64,000 nucleotides of DNA from Heteronotia binoei. Lineage: Eukaryota. Below the pieces are notes generated by a model. It saw nothing but the letters and a program-made list of their open reading frames with translations, did no database searches and had not been told where the DNA came from. Positions 1 through 10,989 of this stretch are shown here, in pieces (the stretch's first letter is position 1; the number at the start of each line of letters is the position of its first letter). The stretch covers positions 48,236,001 through 48,300,000 of the forward strand of contig NC_083233.1 in assembly GCF_032191835.1 (NCBI RefSeq), written 5' to 3'. The translations under genes and the position numbers were made by a program.

Positions 1-38
1 AGTCAGAATTGATATCTGCTGTTGACCTTTCCTTACAG

Positions 39-104
39 TTCCAGATGACTTTCCATCTGTTCATTGCAGCATTTGTTGGGGCTGCAATCACACTGGTGGC
101 ACTG
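39..104 (+). CDS. PLP1: Myelin proteolipid protein, penultimate coding exon (FQMTFHLFIAAFVGAAITLVAL)
   Basis: Acceptor ccttacAG ends at 38 and donor GTAAGT starts at 105. The 66-nt exon translates to the recognisable PLP1 exon 6 peptide (TM4 region). Confidence 0.96.
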
Positions 105-888
105 GTAAGTCATTCCTTTAATAGCTGTTCTCTTTATTTTATTTACTTTATTTATAGTCCACCTTTCTCAGTGTGACTCAAGGTGGAGTACATGAAATAA
201 ACAGTGCAATCAGACATCACAAGACCGCTAATGAGCAATGCAGTTAAGTTCAGAATGCTGATAGGTCAATTTTAACATCAAATCAGGGGGAATAAATTCT
301 AGTGTGTCAGGCCCTATAAAATGCAGAATCCCTATGCAGTCTTTGCAAATGTGAGTCCCAGAACTGAACTAACCCTTCTTGGCTGGGTGGGTGGCAATGA
401 GAGTCTCCAGTGGAAGCAAGAGCAGGAGTGGGGAGGGAGCCAAGGGGTGTAATCTGAGAAGACTGTGGACAAAAGGGCAGAGCACCTCTAGGGACACGGA
501 AGTTCCACCCATTTTCCAATTATGATGCCCAAAACATAGTCTTTCAATAACAAGAATAGCAGCATTATTTTTCATCCAGAGAATTATACAGAAAGTGCAA
601 CTCAGTAACATTTAAAACCAAACCACAAAGAAACACAGTGTTAAAATGAATACTCAATTAACTTAAAACGGGCAATCCCAGTTTTGGCCACTAAAGATAA
701 GTCTGAACAAAGATGTTCAGCATTGCATTGGGAAAAGTCTGGGCTCCAATGGCTTCTAGACATGTCCTTGTCCTGAGAGTCCTTCCTCGCACGCTCTCGG
801 CCATATCACATGGATGACATTGCTGGAGCACAACTGGAGGGCCACAACAGGACACATGGGATGGTCACTATATTACTTTTGGGGGTAG

Positions 889-1014
<126 letters not shown>

Positions 1015-2866
1015 ACGACGAGGGAGTTGATGTCGCATCTACAAGGCGCCCTTCGTCCCCTAACGACAAGGCTTTAACCTGATGCAGTCACGCTACACCA
1101 AGCCTCCTCCTCTAACTCTGCCCATTGCCCTCCTCTTCCTCTACGCTATTTGACACTGGGTGTGTGGCAAGGGAGAAGAGACACCCCACTCCAGCAGCAG
1201 AGCTCTTTGCACCCCGGTACCTCTGAAATTATCTGGCCTCGTGGCAAAAGCTCATAATTTTAAAAAGGTCTGCAAAATAAAAGGAATTTCTTTCCCTCAA
1301 TTTGCAAGGAGAAATGCAGCAAATTTACTCCAGCTTTTCTGCTCCCAAAGACAAAGGATAAAGACGAAATCACACTTGTTGTGGAAAGGTGAGCCTATGA
1401 GACAGAGAGAGAGAAGGAAGCACTTGGAGCTTGCTAGAGACTTTTCTTGATGCCGCGGAAGGTGGAACTTCCATCACTCTTGAACAAGTGACAGAGGACA
1501 CAAGAATGAAATAAACCTTTATAGGATCCTACCTGCCACAGCCCAGGCAAGGGGTTAAGAGCAAGGATCTTCCTGATATAGGAAGAGAGCACTGACCCTG
1601 TCTCCAATGCTACCAGATCTCTCCTTCTCTTAACCCAACCAACTTTACTGAAAGCATTTAAGGAGCTTGGTGCCCCTACAACCAAGGGGGCCTCTTGTTT
1701 TCATACTTTGAAAGAGAAGAGCCAGGCTGCTCTTCTTGCTTCCTCTGTGCTGCCATGTTGCTAACCAGCTGAACAGATATTGGTATTAGCCTAAGAGTAT
1801 CTGTAATAACCAGTAGCTTGAATGTGTAATGCTAGAGGCTCCTTTGCTGTATGTGGGATAACTCTTTTGGACTGCACATCTGTGCTATATGCCTTTCCTT
1901 TTGTAACCAGCTGTGGAAATGAACTTTCTCCAACCTTCACAATGGTGCTCTTTTCTCCCAGTGACATTTGCTTCCATGTTTCTATACACAGATGATCTTT
2001 TGCAGAATCTAATATTTGCTCTTTTGGTTCTTGTTGCTATTTGCTGTCTTCAGCAAGCTGTAGACATTTGCCACAAACAGTATCTGAATCCTGAATATTT
2101 GAAGTCAAATTTAGAGACCAACAGATAGAAGAGCATAGAATATTCTGGGTAACTGTAATTCCTGAAAATTGAAATGAGTTGGTGACTGTGCAGAATGAAC
2201 CTCATGGCGTGCCAAATAAGAATCTGAAGGCCAAATTTTTTTTAAAAAAAATCTGGAGACACCAACATAGGATTGGGACTTCATGATGTCACTGTGCAAA
2301 GAGAACCAGACAGCAGGTCACCTCAGGAAGTGACACAACCAAAAAATCAGGAAGCAAATGATCCATGGCCACTAAGACTTCCTGGTTTCAGCCTTAACCT
2401 TCACTACTTAACCACAAGTAGAGAGACCGAGGTTTGGTGCTTATCTACTGGGGAAACCAAAATCACAGTGGCAGACAGCAGGGATGCTAGAAAGAAGGAG
2501 AATGGGCCAAGATAATTCTGCTGAGCAGGAATGCTGGCCTAGATCAAACTGGTTAGGCTGACAACACACATAGGGCAAAAGATGAGATCTGATTAAGGTG
2601 GGTAGGGGTGGGACATGAAGAAGCCAGTCAAGATCAGGACAAGTGAAGTCATCTATATTTCATATTTCACTTTGATTTAACTAATGCATAACCCGCACCC
2701 ATGTCCCCCAGCCCCCTTACTCTCCCCAAGAAATACAGGAAAAAATAGTTAATAAGCTGAAAGTGTTTTTATCATTCTGATTTTGAATTTTGACTTTTTA
2801 ACAAAGCATAAAAGATCATGTTTTTAGAGACTTACCTTACAAGGTGTATTTTATAAAATTAAAGAA

Positions 2867-2872
2867 AATAAA
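2867..2872 (+). terminator. PLP1: Probable distal PLP1 polyadenylation signal
   Basis: AATAAA at the end of an AU-rich stretch, followed by a GU/U-rich tract (ttttgtttgcttgtct). More proximal AATAAA hexamers occur near 1276 and 1510. Confidence 0.55.
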
Positions 2873-4100
2873 ATTCAAGAATGTCTGAACACAAACACGC
2901 ACATTTTGTTTGCTTGTCTTGGACTCCATCTGACATCACACATTGCAGAGCACTCTACAGATTCTTAAAGGGTTAGTAAATCTTTTACATTACATGGATT
3001 GAGCTAGAGGGAGACAAAAACTGCCTGGAGTTGAATCTAAGAGCTGCCTCCAAGAGACAGAATTCTGCAGGGTCCTTTTCCAGTGCTATGACTTACACTA
3101 CTGCAATGTCTATTCAGTAGTATTAGAAACCACCACTACAGCTGTCTCCTTCCTCCATAATGAATGGTAAAGTACCTTTGCTGCTGAGGACAGGTATACT
3201 CCTAACCTACAATTTAAAAAATCCCCACATACTCCAGCGGGGTACAGAACCAGAGAACAGGCTGAATGAAAATGGAAAAAATATATACTGTTTCAAAAGT
3301 TGTAAGATGGCAGGGTATTAATGCAGGGGAGGAGACTTGCTGATGTTTTGAAGAGCTTAGTGAACATTCCAGTAGTACAACTCTGAAACAATTCACTTCT
3401 AAAGACATTTGCTAAACTACAATTCAGTTCACAAAGGGGTGTTAGTGTTATGCTAGAGTGCTGTTGCTCATCCATGATGTCACAGGCACTAGCCAATTGG
3501 GGACATATCTGCTGTTTTGACTGCTATACAGCAACACACCGTAAAAACTGGTTAGAACTGTCAGTGTATCCTAGCAACAAAATATTTTTATCCTGTGCTG
3601 AGAAAATATGAGAGACCCTCAAGAGAAGTGTGAGATGATCCTGCACAGATAAGTAAACATTCCCCAGCCTATTATCACATGACTGAAGAATCTGAAGGCC
3701 GTCCCCCAAATGAAAACACTCGGCTCCCTTCTGCCCAGCTCCTGTCCTGTCTCACCCCATCTTCCAGCCCTGATCTCCGTACATAGCACCCACGCCAATA
3801 GGAACGTGTGGGTCTATCAATGAAGCACATTGTCCACAGCTCTCCCACATACCACAACCATTCTTTCTCTACACTGAAAGGACCCCGTGGGTGTTAAGAT
3901 CGGCTGAGAATCAGGAGCGAGCCATGTAAACAAGGCCTGTTCTCTCACTGCCAAAGCAGGCTGCTCTCTCAACAGCATCAAGAGAGTGTATGGAAGCCCA
4001 GGACTGCTTCAGAGCTGAGACTGGCTCCTGTGCTTCAAGCAGGAAGAAGATGGTGTTGACGGAGCACCAGCCAGGTTTCTCATGGGACAAAGATCAGCAC

Positions 4101-4427
4101 CAGGGCTTTTTTTGAGTTGGAACGCTCAGGAATGCACAGGATGGCTAGAAGGTGTGGGCTGTAGGGGGGGAAATGCAAGGGATGATTACTTAGTGGGGTT
4201 AATCACATGAATTCAGAGTAAAATTCTTTCTAGGGATCACTCTTCAATTGACAAATTATCATAAACATCATCATCATCATATGGCTTGGCATCAGGGGGA
4301 TCTAGTATGCAAATGAGTTCCTGCTTTTTCTACAAAAAAGCCCTGTGTGAAACAATGGTGATGTCAGGGGGTGTGGCCTAATATGTAAATAGGTTCCTGC
4401 TGGGCTTTTTCTACCAAAAAAGCCCTG
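4101..4427. mobile_element. Non-autonomous hAT MITE (CAGGGCTTTTTT ends) carrying an internal insert of local DNA
   Basis: Termini CAGGGCTTTTTTT...AAAAAAGCCCTG. 8-bp target-site duplication ATCAGCAC/GTCAGCAC (7/8). Duplicated right-end module at about 4303-4345 and 4365-4427. Confidence 0.8.
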
Positions 4428-4663
4428 GTCAGCACAAAAATAAAGAAGTGGCGTATCTGTTGGCCCAGAGGATATAGAATATGGAGGGCAGATACACAAT
4501 GCAGTGGCCAGACTGAAGGTCTCCTGCACATCTCCTCTCTGCCCGCTCCACTGCACAACATTTTGAGTTCCATTATGGAGGAATATAAATTTAACAGATG
4601 ACACTGTCCTAAGCCACTTCCATGCCTGTAAGCAGACAGCTTCCTAGTTTAAACAGTCACAAT

Positions 4664-4844
4664 CAGGACTTTTTGGGTAGCAGGAACTCATTTGCATATT
4701 AGGCCACACCCCATGATGCAGCCAATTCTTCAAGAGCCTACAGGGCTCCTATTACAGGGTCTACTTTAAGCTCTTGAAGGATTGGCTACATCAAGGGTGT
4801 GTGGCCTAATATGCAAAGAAGTTCCTGCTACAAAAAAAGCCCTG
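4664..4844. mobile_element. Palindromic hAT MITE (related CAGGGCTTTTTT family)
   Basis: Long terminal inverted repeats. 8-bp TSD GTCACAAT/GTGACAAT (7/8). Similar to the copy at 54633. Confidence 0.85.
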
Positions 4845-5328
4845 GTGACAATCATACTTTACCCCATTGCAGGCTCATGGCTTCTGCACAGAATGATCCC
4901 TAGAGCTGCAAGTATTGCACTTGAATACACTGCACAGCTCTTCAGGTACCTTTAGGCAGAAAGAGGCAGATAATTATCCCAGATTAATTAATGCTTTGCA
5001 GGTTCAGCACCTGCACCAGATCCTATCACGATGCAATAAATAATCAGCATATCTTGGGGTTATGCTCCACTGTTGTAGCAAAGCCCAGCATCCTTCAGCT
5101 GCCTAACAAACAGCCGGATAGCTAGAAGGTATGGGGTGTAGGAAGAAAAATGCAGGGGATGACTAGTGGGGTTAATCACATGAATTCAGAGTAAAATTCT
5201 TTCTAGGGATCACTCTTCAATTGACAAATTATTATAATCAACATCATTGTATGGCATTGGATGTACTATAGCCAGAGATCCTAAGATTGTCTGGCAGTCT
5301 AAAGTTCTAGCTCTTTTTACATTATGCA

Positions 5329-5341
5329 CCACTAGGTGGCG
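5329..5341 (+). promoter_or_regulatory. CTCF motif, forward orientation
   Basis: CCACTAGGTGGCG matches the CCASYAGRKGGCR core consensus. Confidence 0.65.
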
Positions 5342-5359
5342 AGCTAGACTTGTTTTTAA

Positions 5360-5503
5360 GGCCAGAGATGTTTCAAAGGTGGTTTGCCACTACCTGCCTC
5401 TGCATCAAACCTGGTATTCCTTGGAGGTCACCCTTCTAAATATTAGTCAAGGTTGAACCTGCTTAGCTTCTGATATCTGGCTAGCCTGGCCTATCCAGGT
5501 CAG
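5360..5503 (-). mobile_element. 5S rRNA-derived SINE (SINE3), degenerate
   Basis: The reverse complement reads ctgacctggataggccaggctagcc...gaagctaagcagg...gggtgacctccaaggaatacc, a 5S-like head. It is followed by the gaggcagg..ggcaaaccac body shared with the copies at 14865 and 33835. Confidence 0.75.
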
Positions 5504-5749
5504 AACTCAACTGACAAAAAGAAAAGCCAATTAAGGGGAAAATTTAACTGCAACAAGACGTCTGGGTACATAAGAATGCAAAAAAAGCGAAAAGGCTTAA
5601 ACCAATGCCTACTCCCATTTAAGAGGGATGGTGGAACTTCACTTGCCTCAGATGTTTTGATCAGCCAATGGTTATGTCCTGGAGTTGTACCAAACAAAGG
5701 CTCTGAGGCTGAAAACAGACGGGCATTTTGGGGCAGCTGGGAGGTGTCC

Positions 5750-6220
5750 CCAATTGGACCGGCGCAAAAAGAGCCGTTCGGGAGCCTCCACACACTCACT
5801 CGCAAGCCGCCCGCCTCCGGTGCGTCAGGCAGCTCGGCGCCTCTGCACGGGAAGGCGACCGGGAAGCCGGGTTCCTCTTTGATCCCCCTCGGGGGAAGTG
5901 CTGATGCGCACAAGCGCTCTCATGGGGTTCTTTAAAAAAAAAAAACCCGGAAACAGCTTTGGGCGGCTTGGAAGTTCCACCCCGCCAAGCCGCCTCACTT
6001 GCGCCCCTCCCCTTCCAGACGGGGGGGGGGGGAGGAGGCGACTACCTGCTGGCTCAAACATTTGTGACCACTTCCAAAGTGATTGCTTTTCGAGCGGGGG
6101 AAGCGGCCAGAAGGACGGGGTGAGTGCGGGCTGGGGACGCCCAGCAGATGTTTCTGTGTGGAGGGATTATTTGGGCCGACTTCAGAGGCATCTCTGAGTC
6201 GGCCCAAAGTGCCGGTCTGT
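5750..6220. promoter_or_regulatory. Small orphan CpG-rich island between the PLP1 and RAB9B 3' ends
   Basis: CpG and GC content is sharply higher than in the flanks. Plus-strand donor GGG|GTGAGT at 6120. No recognisable ORF. Confidence 0.5.
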
Positions 6221-6409
6221 AATCAGCCAAAGATATTCAGTGGACTCAACCCTATATTAAATGTAGTGTTTTATGACTCCAGACCCTGATCTTCAATCTC
6301 CTCCTTGTGGTTGGAATGAGCATCTAATCCTTCTTGTTCAAACCAAAGCACAAGTCCATCAGGAATCCTTTAGCACAGAGTGGAGCTGAATGGATGGTCC
6401 ATGATAAAC

Positions 6410-6870
6410 AATGAACATAAGACAACCCCTGCTGGACCAGACTAATGCTCCATCTGGCACAGCATCCTGTTTCCCACAGTGGCCAAATGCCCCAGAAGGC
6501 CATGAAAACCAAACCTCCTCCTATAGATAACCCCATCCACTGATACCCAGAAAGTTACTGCCTCAGATCTCTCCATTCCCATTAGACATCATGACTCAGC
6601 CACTGATATCCTCCAGGAAAGTGTGTAATCTTTCAATTACACATTGCATGAAGTAGTATTTTGGCTGTCTTGAACCTATTGCTCATCACTGTCATTTGGT
6701 GCCTGTGTATTCTAGTATCACAGAAGGAGGAGATAGTTTTCAGTATCAATTTTCTATGTGTGGAATTATGTCAATCTCTATCATGTCCCCTAGTCAATTT
6801 TTAAAAACCTGAATAGGCCCAGATACTTCAGCCTTTCTTTTCACAGAAGGTTCCCCAAACTCTTGAAGTA
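6410..6870 (-). mobile_element. CR1 LINE 3' fragment
   Basis: aacataagacaacccctgctggaccagac...cagcatcctgtttcccacagtggcc is the typical reverse-complemented CR1 3' end, followed by decayed RT-coding sequence. Confidence 0.7.
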
Positions 6871-7128
6871 CCCAGAGCATGAAATCTAGCAGAATCCATT
6901 TTCCATGAAGCTTTTACTTCAACCCATTTTCCATGCTGGGTCTCAGCAGAAGGAGGCACCTAATTCTACTCCTGCTAGCTCTTGGGTGCAATCATAGAGG
7001 TATCCAGGTAGGTATCATGCACACCTGGTGCAACTTGCTGTGATTTCCCATGGATTTGCATCTTGTGCTTTTTTCATGAACAGAAATGCAAGGAAGGAGG
7101 TTTATCATTTCCTTAAATACATTCACAT

Positions 7129-7134
7129 TTTATT
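7129..7134 (-). terminator. RAB9B: Candidate RAB9B polyadenylation signal (about 3-kb 3'UTR)
   Basis: Minus-strand AATAAA after an AU-rich, UTR-like stretch at 7300-7450. Confidence 0.45.
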
Positions 7135-8357
7135 GGTTTCAACAAGTCTCAGTCTTGCCTCTTTACATTCCTGGCTCCTCTAAAGTGCAGGAGCACCCAC
7201 AAGAGAGTCACGCACAGAGAAGAGAATCTCTGGTTGGTGAAGCAGCAAGCAGTTGGGAATAAGGGCTTGCAAAGCAAGATCCTCAGCCATGTGTCTCCCA
7301 ATAGACATAAGTTGCACTCTGAAATAAATTAAGAACTAAAAATGCTAGATTTCTTAAAAAATGAATGTAAAAAAATACACAGGCCCAACAAAATATTAGA
7401 TCAGGACATAAAGGGAAACATCTAGTAATTGAAGGTACTGAAGTATATGCTTCTGAGTTCACAAAGTATTAACACATGTGGTTCAGTTCAAATAACTAGA
7501 CTTTCCCCACTTCTGTCAACGCACACTCTGGACAACCCATACTGTGCATTGTCCCTAGTAGCCAGGGTGGCCCCACAGCAACTACTTCCCTTTCTTTTGT
7601 GGAGACAATGCAGGTCACAGCCCAGAAGGCATGTGTCAAAACAGAGTCCAACTGTTTTGGCAAGAAAAGAGGTTTTGGCCTCATCAACACCTGGACCACT
7701 TCAGAAAACGGCCCTGCTCACTACCAATTGCAACCAGATAATTCAAAGCACGTAAGATGGGTAACCTATTCCTAAAAGCAAAGAAGACAGAAGATGAGAA
7801 ACCTGCAGTTTTTGAGTTTGGAGAGGGCAGTTCAGAGAGACAAACACAAACTTGTCACTTATTTGCAGCAGGAAAGGATCTCTGGTCTCAGCTCTTTTAA
7901 GCGGGAGAGGGGGGGGGTGAACCTGGAATAGCTTTGCACCTACAGGTGTATTCTTCCATGCAAGGAGAGACTACAATTTCCAGGTGTTCCTGCAGAGGGG
8001 GCACGCCTATCACTCAGCATTTTTATGGCACTAATTGTGCAGAGGAGAACAGGAGGGAATCAAGTTACAAGCTACCAAGCAAATGAGCCACTGCTTAGCA
8101 GAATATGGGAAGAAGAGGGCTCCCAGTGGCTGTGACCTCTCACAGCTGTTCTGAGGCCTTGGCAGGGTAATTCTCTCCTAGGACAACTGCTGCATTTCTA
8201 CTCCACCGTATTAGGCGGAATTCATGACTGTAGGGGCAATGTAGCTGACCTGAGTGCACTGACACAGATTCATGGGTTGTGACTCAGTTTCCTGTATAAA
8301 ACAGAAGTTGGGTGGTACCTCAAATGCTTACATTTATTCAAGTGTGTTAGTCTATAA

Positions 8358-8624
8358 CAGGGGTGGCCAAACTGTGCCTCAGGAGCCACATGTGGCTCTT
8401 TCACACATATTGTGTGGTTCTTGAAGCCCCCACTGCCCTGTCAGCCAACTTGGAGAAGGCATTTGTCTCTTTAAATCCCTTCTCCAAGCCAAGCCAGTAG
8501 CTTGAGGAATGCATTTAAAGTTGCTTGCTTTCCACCTCTCCTCCATTTATCTGTCTTCCTGTTGTGTGGCTCTCAGACATCTGATGTTGTGGTTCTTACA
8601 TTAAGCAAGTTTGGCCACCCCATG
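8358..8624. mobile_element. hAT/Charlie-type MITE
   Basis: TIRs CAGGGGTGGCCAAACT...AGTTTGGCCACCCC(A)TG. Left flank GTCTATAA resembles a Charlie target site. The right-hand TSD is not recognisable. Confidence 0.75.
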
Positions 8625-10175
8625 TTGACTTCTGTTTTAGTTTGCTACAGCAGACTAACAGGGCTACCTCTCTGGAATTTTCCCATCTAACGCCTAGCCA
8701 CTTCCAAGCTCCACTTGAAAACTGTCCCCAAACTTTGCAACAAAGTGTGTAAGGAACACAGCAGGGGTTTGGAGTGTTCCTCTCCTAACACAGTCTGGCC
8801 AAGACCAAAACAATGTCAGAGAGGCAGCAGGTCCTGAAGAAAGTTTAAATTACACGCCCCACCCCTCTTTCCCCCAGGGGAAATGAGTTAGTCCTCCCTT
8901 TTGGGAGGAAAGTAAGCACAAAGCCTAGCTTTGAGAAGGCATGGATTCTGTTCAGACATCACAAAAAACCCCAGCTGCTCAACCCTCAAAGTACCCTTGA
9001 TAATTCTATTCCTATCAGAGAGAGGAGGATACTGGAAAAGTGCCATAGGGACAACCACATAAGATCCATATCCGGATCTAGTTCCTTGCTTGCCAGGCAA
9101 ATCTGACTGTCTTTTCTGAGAGGTGAAGCAGAGGCTGCATGTTGGGATGCCCCAAGCTGCAAGTAGACAAGCAGCACATCCAGGCAAGGAGAAAGAACAG
9201 GCATCTCCTTCACACACACAAGACAGGAATGATGCCTAGAGGCTGCCACGTTCATACAGAGCTCCCCTTTCTTTTCTGAGGATGTATCAGATATTAAACT
9301 GATAAGAACAGCTCGACTTACTTAAGAATGTTTTACTCCTTTGCCAAAAGGCCAAGAAGTGACGACACAGCCCTCTTTTCAAAGCTCCATTGTGCTGACA
9401 ACTTTGCAATATGGGCCATTGAGTGCTGCTCACTACAGCCATTCTCTGCCCAATGTATTCCAGCGAGTAGAGAAAGATGGTGCTTCCTACAGCAGGGCAG
9501 AGAGCACAAGCTATAAAGGACAAGGTGGGGTGGGAAACAGTCAAAAGCATGAGAGTGTATAGTCTCTACTCCAGGCAACAACACCACTGCCCTGTGAGAT
9601 GTCAAGAGGCAGCCAACTGTACTTCCAAGCAGTGTCTCCTGCTCACCATGGGCATCCAAGTGCACACATACACACACAGGCCCTAAGCCTCCTGTCCCCT
9701 ATAAGCCCTCCCTCTCACAATTCTTTCACTCCCACTCAGTCCCCATACAATAAAGCCAAACTGTAGGGTCATCGCTGCTATGCTCAGCACCACCAGAACA
9801 ATTACGGCTGAGGAACTCTGGACCAGCTCCCCCCTCCCTGGATTTTTTGCTCTCTTGTTGGCTTCCTCCAGCAACCTTAGGAACATCTTGAAGGGCAGCA
9901 GAATACAATTTTCCAGTTCATAAAATACTTTATGGAATGTCTACAGTGCTTGCCACACACCTCATTGGCAGCTCTAGCCCATACAACAAACCGTAACTCT
10001 ATTTGATTTGATGTTGAGCCCAATATATTAGGTATGCTAAGACAGAAGAATGGCTACCTCCAGCTGTCCCTGGACCTCCTGCCCGCCCTTTCTGACTACA
10101 TTCTAAGGGCCTCCTCCAGAACCTCTACTGCGGGGTGGCTGGTTCAAGGATCTGGCTTCTGTCATGTAGCTGTCC

Positions 10176-10781
10176 TCAACAGCAAGAAGACCCTGACTTG
10201 GCATTGGAGTGAAGGTCAATGGTGTGGCCCAGCATACAGTGCTCCAGCTGCTCCTCCACGGCCAATACCTGCCGAACAGCTTCCTCAAAGGCCACGGCCA
10301 CGTTTGTGTCATCCTTGGCACTGGTCTCCAGATAGGGGTAGTTTCCATTTTCCAAGCACCAGGCTTGGGCTTCTTCGGTGGTCACCTGCCTCTCCACCTT
10401 GTCTACCTTGTTGCCCAGCACAACGAAAGGGAAGTGGTCCGGATCCTTCACGTTGGCATAACAGATAAACTCCTTCTGCCAGTGGCCCAGATTCTCAAAG
10501 CTCTGGCGGTCGTCTACACTGAAGGTCAATAAGCAGCAGTCCGCCCCCCTGTAAAAAGGGGTCCGCAGGCTCTTGAAGCGCTCCTGTCCGGCCGTGTCCC
10601 AAATCTGGAGGGTCACAAAGCGCCCGTCCACTTCCAAGTCCCGGTTGAGGAACTCCACCCCAATGGTGTGGAAAGCCTGAGAGTCAAACTTGTTGGTGAC
10701 ATAGCGGTTCATGAGGGAGCTCTTCCCAACGCCACCATCGCCCAGGAGAATCACCTTCAGCAGCAGCGACTTCCCACTCAT
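10176..10781 (-). CDS. RAB9B: Ras-related protein Rab-9B, 201 aa, single coding exon
   Basis: MSGKSLLLKVILLGDGGVGKS P-loop, WDTAGQE, NKVD, ETSAK and a C-terminal CC prenylation motif. Kozak GCCATGA. Acceptor ttgttgCAG at 10791-10793, so the true start is 10781 rather than 10799. It follows PLP1 tail-to-tail, as in mammals. Confidence 0.97.
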   Translation of the reverse strand: MSGKSLLLKVILLGDGGVGKSSLMNRYVTNKFDSQAFHTIGVEFLNRDLEVDGRFVTLQIWDTAGQERFKSLRTPFYRGADCCLLTFSVDDRQSFENLGHWQKEFICYANVKDPDHFPFVVLGNKVDKVERQVTTEEAQAWCLENGNYPYLETSAKDDTNVAVAFEEAVRQVLAVEEQLEHCMLGHTIDLHSNAKSGSSCC

Positions 10782-10989
10782 GGCAACGGCCTGCAACAAG
10801 GAGACCCACAGAGTTAAGGTGAAGCAGTGTGGGGTGGGTGAGGGGGGCTTCTGCTCTCTCCTGACAGAAAAAGGAGCAGAGCAGAGCGGAGGGGAGGGGC
10901 AACCCCTGGAGGGGCCTTAACCCAGCCGGCCTCTCCCTGTTCTCTACAGATGACACTTCCCCACCCCCTTCAAGGGGATTCCAAGCAGC

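Noticed and set aside
2531-2537. miR-338-3p 7mer seed match in the PLP1 3'UTR
   Set aside because: A single 7-mer in about 1.9 kb is weak evidence without conservation data.
7985-8000. CTCF-like CCTGCAGAGGGGGCAC
   Set aside because: It cannot be aligned to the core without mismatches at key positions.
10782-10799. N-terminal MLQAVA extension of RAB9B in the ORF track
   Set aside because: The start is a non-ATG codon that lies in the intron upstream of the acceptor at 10791-10793.
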